NCBI GenBank assembly: GCA_019115545.1 | Contig: DXDK01000046.1 | Coordinates: forward strand, 39,706-103,705 | Length of the DNA: 64,000 bases | Source: Candidatus Evtepia faecavium | Lineage (GTDB): Bacteria; Bacillota; Clostridia; Oscillospirales; Oscillospiraceae | Direction of reading: 5' to 3' | Part shown: positions 60,212 through 64,000 of the stretch, in pieces | Layout of the letters: each line of letters starts with the position of its first letter | Position numbering within the stretch: position 1 is the stretch's first letter | Program-made: the position numbers and the translations under genes | Notes under the pieces: generated by a model | Told to the model about the DNA's origin: nothing | Database searches by the model: none | Seen by the model: only the letters and a program-made list of their open reading frames with translations

Positions 60212-60805
60212 ATGAACATCCTGTTTGTCAACGCCTGCATCCGGGGGGAGGCCTCCCGCACCCTGGGCCTGTGCCGGGCCGCTCTGGAGGAGATCCGGGC
60301 CAAGTATCCCCAGGGAGAGATCACTGAGCTCTGCCTGGACCAGGAGGAGCTCCTGCCCCTCCACAGCGACACCCTGGCCCAGCGCAACCAGCTGGAGCAC
60401 CAGGGGGACTTTTCCAACCCCATGTTCCGCTACGCCCGCCAGTTTGCCCAGGCCGACCTGATCCTCATCGGCGCCCCCTATTGGGAGTACCAGTTCCCCG
60501 CCCTGCTGCGGTGCTACATTGAGCACATCTCCGTCAACGGCCTCACCTTCGCCTACGGGGAGGACGGCCGCCCCCACGGCCTGTGCAAGGGGGAGCGGAT
60601 CTTCTACATCACCACCGCCGGCGGCCCCATTCTGGACCGCAACTGCGGCTTTGACTACCTGAAGACCCTGTTTTCCAACATGATGAGCTTTTCCAAGATC
60701 GACTACGCGGCCGCAGAGTGCACCGACGTCATCGGCTACCCGGTGGAGGAGGAGCTGCGGAAGACCGAGGCCCGCCTGCGGGAGCAGATCCGGGCCTGGG
60801 ACTAA
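60212..60805 (+). CDS. Flavodoxin-like fold NAD(P)H-dependent oxidoreductase (AzoR/ACP phosphodiesterase-like)
   Basis: 197 aa: MNILFVNACIRGEASRTL...ADLILIGAPYWEYQFPALLRCYIEHI... Confidence 0.75.
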   Translation: MNILFVNACIRGEASRTLGLCRAALEEIRAKYPQGEITELCLDQEELLPLHSDTLAQRNQLEHQGDFSNPMFRYARQFAQADLILIGAPYWEYQFPALLRCYIEHISVNGLTFAYGEDGRPHGLCKGERIFYITTAGGPILDRNCGFDYLKTLFSNMMSFSKIDYAAAECTDVIGYPVEEELRKTEARLREQIRAWD

Positions 60806-60838
60806 AACCCATCCTGACAGGGGAGAGGAGGACCCGCC

Positions 60839-61450
60839 ATGGACACCCCCATCATCACCATCGGCCGGGAGTACGGCGCCGGCGGCCACACCGTGGCCCG
60901 GATCATCGCCCAGCGCCTGGGCATTCCCGCCTATGACAAGGAGATCATCAAGCTCACCGCCGAGGAGAGCGGCCTGAACGAGGCGGTCCTCCAGAGCACC
61001 GAGGAGAGCGACGGCCTGCGGAAGCTCATCAGCTGGTTTCTGCCCAGCGGGGCGGTGTCCACCTATGACCAGGCCATTTTGGCCCAGGCCCAGGTGATCC
61101 GCAACATCGCCGCCCAGGGCCCCTGCGTCATCGTGGGCCGGGGGGCGGATTACATCCTCCGGGACCTGCCCAACGTGGTGAACGTCTTCCTCTACGCCAA
61201 CCGGGAGGACAAGCTCCGCTACGCCATGGACACCTATGGGGACAGCCCGGAGCAGGCCGCCCGCCGGGTGCGCCAGTCCGACGCCGCCCGGGAGTCCTAT
61301 TACCACTACCTCACCAAGAAAAAGTGGGGGGATCTGAAGAACTACCACCTCAGCCTGAACACCAGCCCCGTAGGCAAGGCAGCCTGCGCGGAGCTCATCC
61401 TCCAGTACGCCCAGCGGGCGGCGGAGGGGGAGCGGAAGGCCTTGCCCTAA
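60839..61450 (+). CDS. Cytidylate kinase-like family protein
   Basis: MDTPIITIGREYGAGGHTVARIIAQRLGIPAYDKEII...VIVGRGADYIL is a P-loop variant typical of this family. Confidence 0.8.
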   Translation: MDTPIITIGREYGAGGHTVARIIAQRLGIPAYDKEIIKLTAEESGLNEAVLQSTEESDGLRKLISWFLPSGAVSTYDQAILAQAQVIRNIAAQGPCVIVGRGADYILRDLPNVVNVFLYANREDKLRYAMDTYGDSPEQAARRVRQSDAARESYYHYLTKKKWGDLKNYHLSLNTSPVGKAACAELILQYAQRAAEGERKALP

Positions 61451-61458
61451 CAAAAAGC

Positions 61459-61498
61459 ACAGCCACAGCGCCGGGACAGGCGCTGTGGCTGTCTTTTC
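61459..61498 (+). terminator. Intrinsic terminator
   Basis: 14-bp stem ACAGCCACAGCGCC-GGGACA-GGCGCTGTGGCTGT followed by CTTTTCC. Confidence 0.8.
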
Positions 61499-61540
61499 CT
61501 CTGAAAAAGGAAGGGGAACAAAAAAAGCCCGGGGAAAGCG

Positions 61541-61569
61541 TTGACTTTCCTCCCGGCAAATGGTAGAAT
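61541..61569 (+). promoter_or_regulatory. Promoter upstream of rpoB
   Basis: TTGACT, 17 nt ending TGG (extended -10), TAGAAT. The leader to rpoB is about 165 nt. Confidence 0.6.
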
Positions 61570-61737
61570 AGCTTGATATTATCTGCAGAGCGAAAGGGGA
61601 TTCCCTCCCACTCTGGAGACAGTATAGCAGAAAATCGTGAAAAAGACAACAGGGAATTTAAAGTTTTTTCCACGCCCCCGCGTGATCGCAAGCAATCAGG
61701 AGAGACACCTTTTCAACGAAAGGACTGGTCAAGAGCA

Positions 61738-64000
61738 ATGGTAAAGGATGTATACTTCGGAAAGACCCTTCGCAAAAGCTTTGCCCGCCATGAAGAAGTG
61801 CTGGAGATGCCCAACCTTCTGGAGATCCAGAAGAAGTCCTACCAGTGGTTCCTGGACACCGGCCTCCGGGAGGTCTTCCGGGATGTGGCCGCCATCGGCG
61901 ACTACGCCGGCAACCTGGAGCTGTCCTTCATCGACTTCACCATGGACGAGCAGCCCAAGTACTCCGTGGAGGAGTGCAAAGCCCGGGACGCCACCTACGC
62001 CGCCCCGCTGAAGGTCAAGGTCCGCCTGCGCAACAAGGAGACCGAGGAGATCAAGGAGCAGGAGATCTTCATGGGGGACTTCCCCCTGATGACCAAGGGG
62101 GGCACCTTCGTCATCAATGGCGCCGAGCGGGTCATCGTCTCCCAGATCGTCCGCTCCCCCGGCGTGTACTACGCCCGCAACGCCGACAAGGCGGACAACA
62201 TCACTTACGCCGTCACGGTGATCCCCTACCGGGGAGCCTGGCTGGAGTATGAGACCGACCTGTCGGACATCTGCAACGTCCGCATCGACAAGAACCGGAA
62301 ACTCCCCGTCACCTGCCTCATCCGGGCGGTGGGCCCCCAGACCGACGCGGAGATCTTAGAGCTCTTCGGCGAGGAGCCCCTGCTGGTGAGCACCCTGGAG
62401 AAGGACACCTGCAAGACCCGGGAGGAGTCCCTGCTGGAGATCTACCGCAAGCTCCGTCCCGGCGAGCCCCCCACCCTGGACTCCGCCGAGACCCTCATCA
62501 ACGGCCTGTTCTTCGACCCCCGCCGCTATGACCTGTCCGCGGTGGGCCGGTATAAGTTCAACAAGAAGCTCTCCCTGTGGCCCCGGCTGTCCGGCCAGAA
62601 GCTGGCCGCCCCGGTGGCCGACCCCCGCACCGGCGAGATCCTGGCCGAGGCCGGCCAGACCCTCACCCGGGCCCAGGCCCAGGAGCTGGAGAACCACGGC
62701 GTGGCCGAGGCCCTGGTGGACGTGGACGGCCAGATCGTCAAGCTCTTCTCCAACCGGATGGTGGAGATGAACGGCTTCGTCCCCTTCGACCCCGAGGAGT
62801 GCGGCATCACCGAGAAGGTCCGCTTTGAGGTCCTCTGCGAGATCTTGGACCAGTGCGGGGAGGACGAGGACGCCCTCCGGGAGGCCGTGGCCGAGCGCAA
62901 GGATGACCTGGTGCCCAAGCACATCATCGTGGACGACATCATGGCCTCCATCAACTACCTCTGCTCCCTCTCCCACGGGGTGGGCAGCTCTGACGACATC
63001 GACCACCTGGGCAACCGCCGCCTGCGCTGCGTGGGCGAGCTGCTCCAGAACCAGTTCCGCATCGGCTTTTCCCGCATGGAGCGGGTCATCCGGGAGCGGA
63101 TGACCATCCAGGACCTGGACATCGTCACCCCCCAGTCCCTGATCAACATCCGGCCGGTGACCGCTGCCATCAAGGAGTTCTTCGGCTCCTCCCCTCTGTC
63201 CCAGTTCATGGACCAGACCAACCCCCTGGCGGAGCTGACCCACAAGCGGCGTATGTCCGCCCTGGGCCCCGGCGGCCTGTCCCGGGACCGGGCCTCCTTC
63301 GACGTCCGTGACGTCCACTACAGCCACTACGGCCGGATGTGCCCCATCGAGACCCCCGAAGGTCCCAACATCGGCCTGATCTCCTACCTGGCCACCTACG
63401 CCCGGATCAACCGCTACGGCTTCATCGAGGCCCCCTACCGGAAGGTGGACAAGGCCACGGGCTTCGTCACCGACGAGGTGGAGTACATGACCGCCGACAT
63501 CGAGGACGAGTTCATCATCGGCCAGGCCACCGAGCCCCTGGACGAGAACGGCTGCCTGGCCAACCCCCGTATCACCTGCCGCCACCGCAACGAGATCATC
63601 GAAGTGGACCGGGAGAAGGTGGACTACATCGACGTCTCCCCCAAGATGATGGTCTCCATCGCCACGGCCATGATCCCCTTCCTGGAGAACGACGACGCCA
63701 ACCGGGCCCTCATGGGCGCTAACATGCAGCGCCAGGCCGTGCCGCTGCTCACCACCCAGGCCCCCATCGTGGCCACGGGCATGGAGCACAAGAACTGCAT
63801 CGACTCCGAGATCGCCGTCCTGGCCGAGGGGGACGGGGAGGTCACCCGGGTCTCCGCCACCAGCATCACCGTGCGCTATGACGACGGCCAGGTGGTGGAC
63901 TATCCCCTCATCAAGTTCCTCCGCTCCAACCACGGCACCTGCATCAACCAGAAGCCCATCGTCTCCCTGCGGGATCGGGTGAAGAAGGGGGACGTCATCG
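61738..64000 (+). CDS. rpoB: DNA-directed RNA polymerase beta subunit (5' part; continues past right edge)
   Basis: Not in the ORF track (no stop within the window). [47 protein letters not shown]...[26 protein letters not shown]... is a conserved RpoB N-terminus. The frame stays open to 64000. Confidence 0.95.
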   Translation, partial: MVKDVYFGKTLRKSFARHEEVLEMPNLLEIQKKSYQWFLDTGLREVFRDVAAIGDYAGNLELSFIDFTMDEQPKYSVEECKARDATYAAPLKVKVRLRNKETEEIKEQEIFMGDFPLMTKGGTFVINGAERVIVSQIVRSPGVYYARNADKADNITYAVTVIPYRGAWLEYETDLSDICNVRIDKNRKLPVTCLIRAVGPQTDAEILELFGEEPLLVSTLEKDTCKTREESLLEIYRKLRPGEPPTLDSAETLINGLFFDPRRYDLSAVGRYKFNKKLSLWPRLSGQKLAAPVADPRTGEILAEAGQTLTRAQAQELENHGVAEALVDVDGQIVKLFSNRMVEMNGFVPFDPEECGITEKVRFEVLCEILDQCGEDEDALREAVAERKDDLVPKHIIVDDIMASINYLCSLSHGVGSSDDIDHLGNRRLRCVGELLQNQFRIGFSRMERVIRERMTIQDLDIVTPQSLINIRPVTAAIKEFFGSSPLSQFMDQTNPLAELTHKRRMSALGPGGLSRDRASFDVRDVHYSHYGRMCPIETPEGPNIGLISYLATYARINRYGFIEAPYRKVDKATGFVTDEVEYMTADIEDEFIIGQATEPLDENGCLANPRITCRHRNEIIEVDREKVDYIDVSPKMMVSIATAMIPFLENDDANRALMGANMQRQAVPLLTTQAPIVATGMEHKNCIDSEIAVLAEGDGEVTRVSATSITVRYDDGQVVDYPLIKFLRSNHGTCINQKPIVSLRDRVKKGDVI

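Overview
GC-rich chromosomal segment (third codon positions mostly G/C). Gene order and protein sequences look like a Firmicutes/Clostridia bacterium, Oscillospiraceae/Ruminococcaceae-like; this is an inference only. Most of the window is core housekeeping. It holds glpK-pepT, a tRNA Met-Glu-Val cluster, degV, a T-box leader with alaS, comEC-holA, a reverse rubrerythrin and a GldA/F/G-like ABC operon. It also holds polA, rimI-GNAT-tsaD, a solitary tRNA-Thr and psuK-psuG. From 44.2 to 60.1 kb lies the complete S10-spc-alpha ribosomal supercluster (rpsJ to rplQ, with secY, adk, map, infA, rpmJ and rpoA). Two small genes and the 5' part of rpoB follow. The accessory-looking parts are: (i) a Fic toxin with an overlapping VbhA/YhfG-like antitoxin; (ii) a LysR-flanked locus (31.6-38.8 kb) with a class-III aminotransferase, an AiiA-like MBL hydrolase, a glycyl radical enzyme (GRE) and its activase; (iii) a YtrA/GntR-ABC module; (iv) a TetR-phosphotriesterase-like pair; (v) a visibly lower-GC XRE-TPR regulator next to the S10 promoter. 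The most unusual observation is that the GRE is encoded in two pieces. A 752-aa catalytic body lacks the Gly-radical domain. A separate 98-aa ORF carries the RVAGYS radical motif. The two are separated by one in-frame TGA and 39 nt containing a Shine-Dalgarno (SD) site. Three related promoter/operator boxes tie the locus together. I found no rRNA, CRISPR array, transposase or integrase. Many long ORFs in the supplied track are antisense or out-of-frame artefacts of high GC and were not called. Three real genes are missing from the track: the left-edge OYE gene, rpmJ and rpoB.
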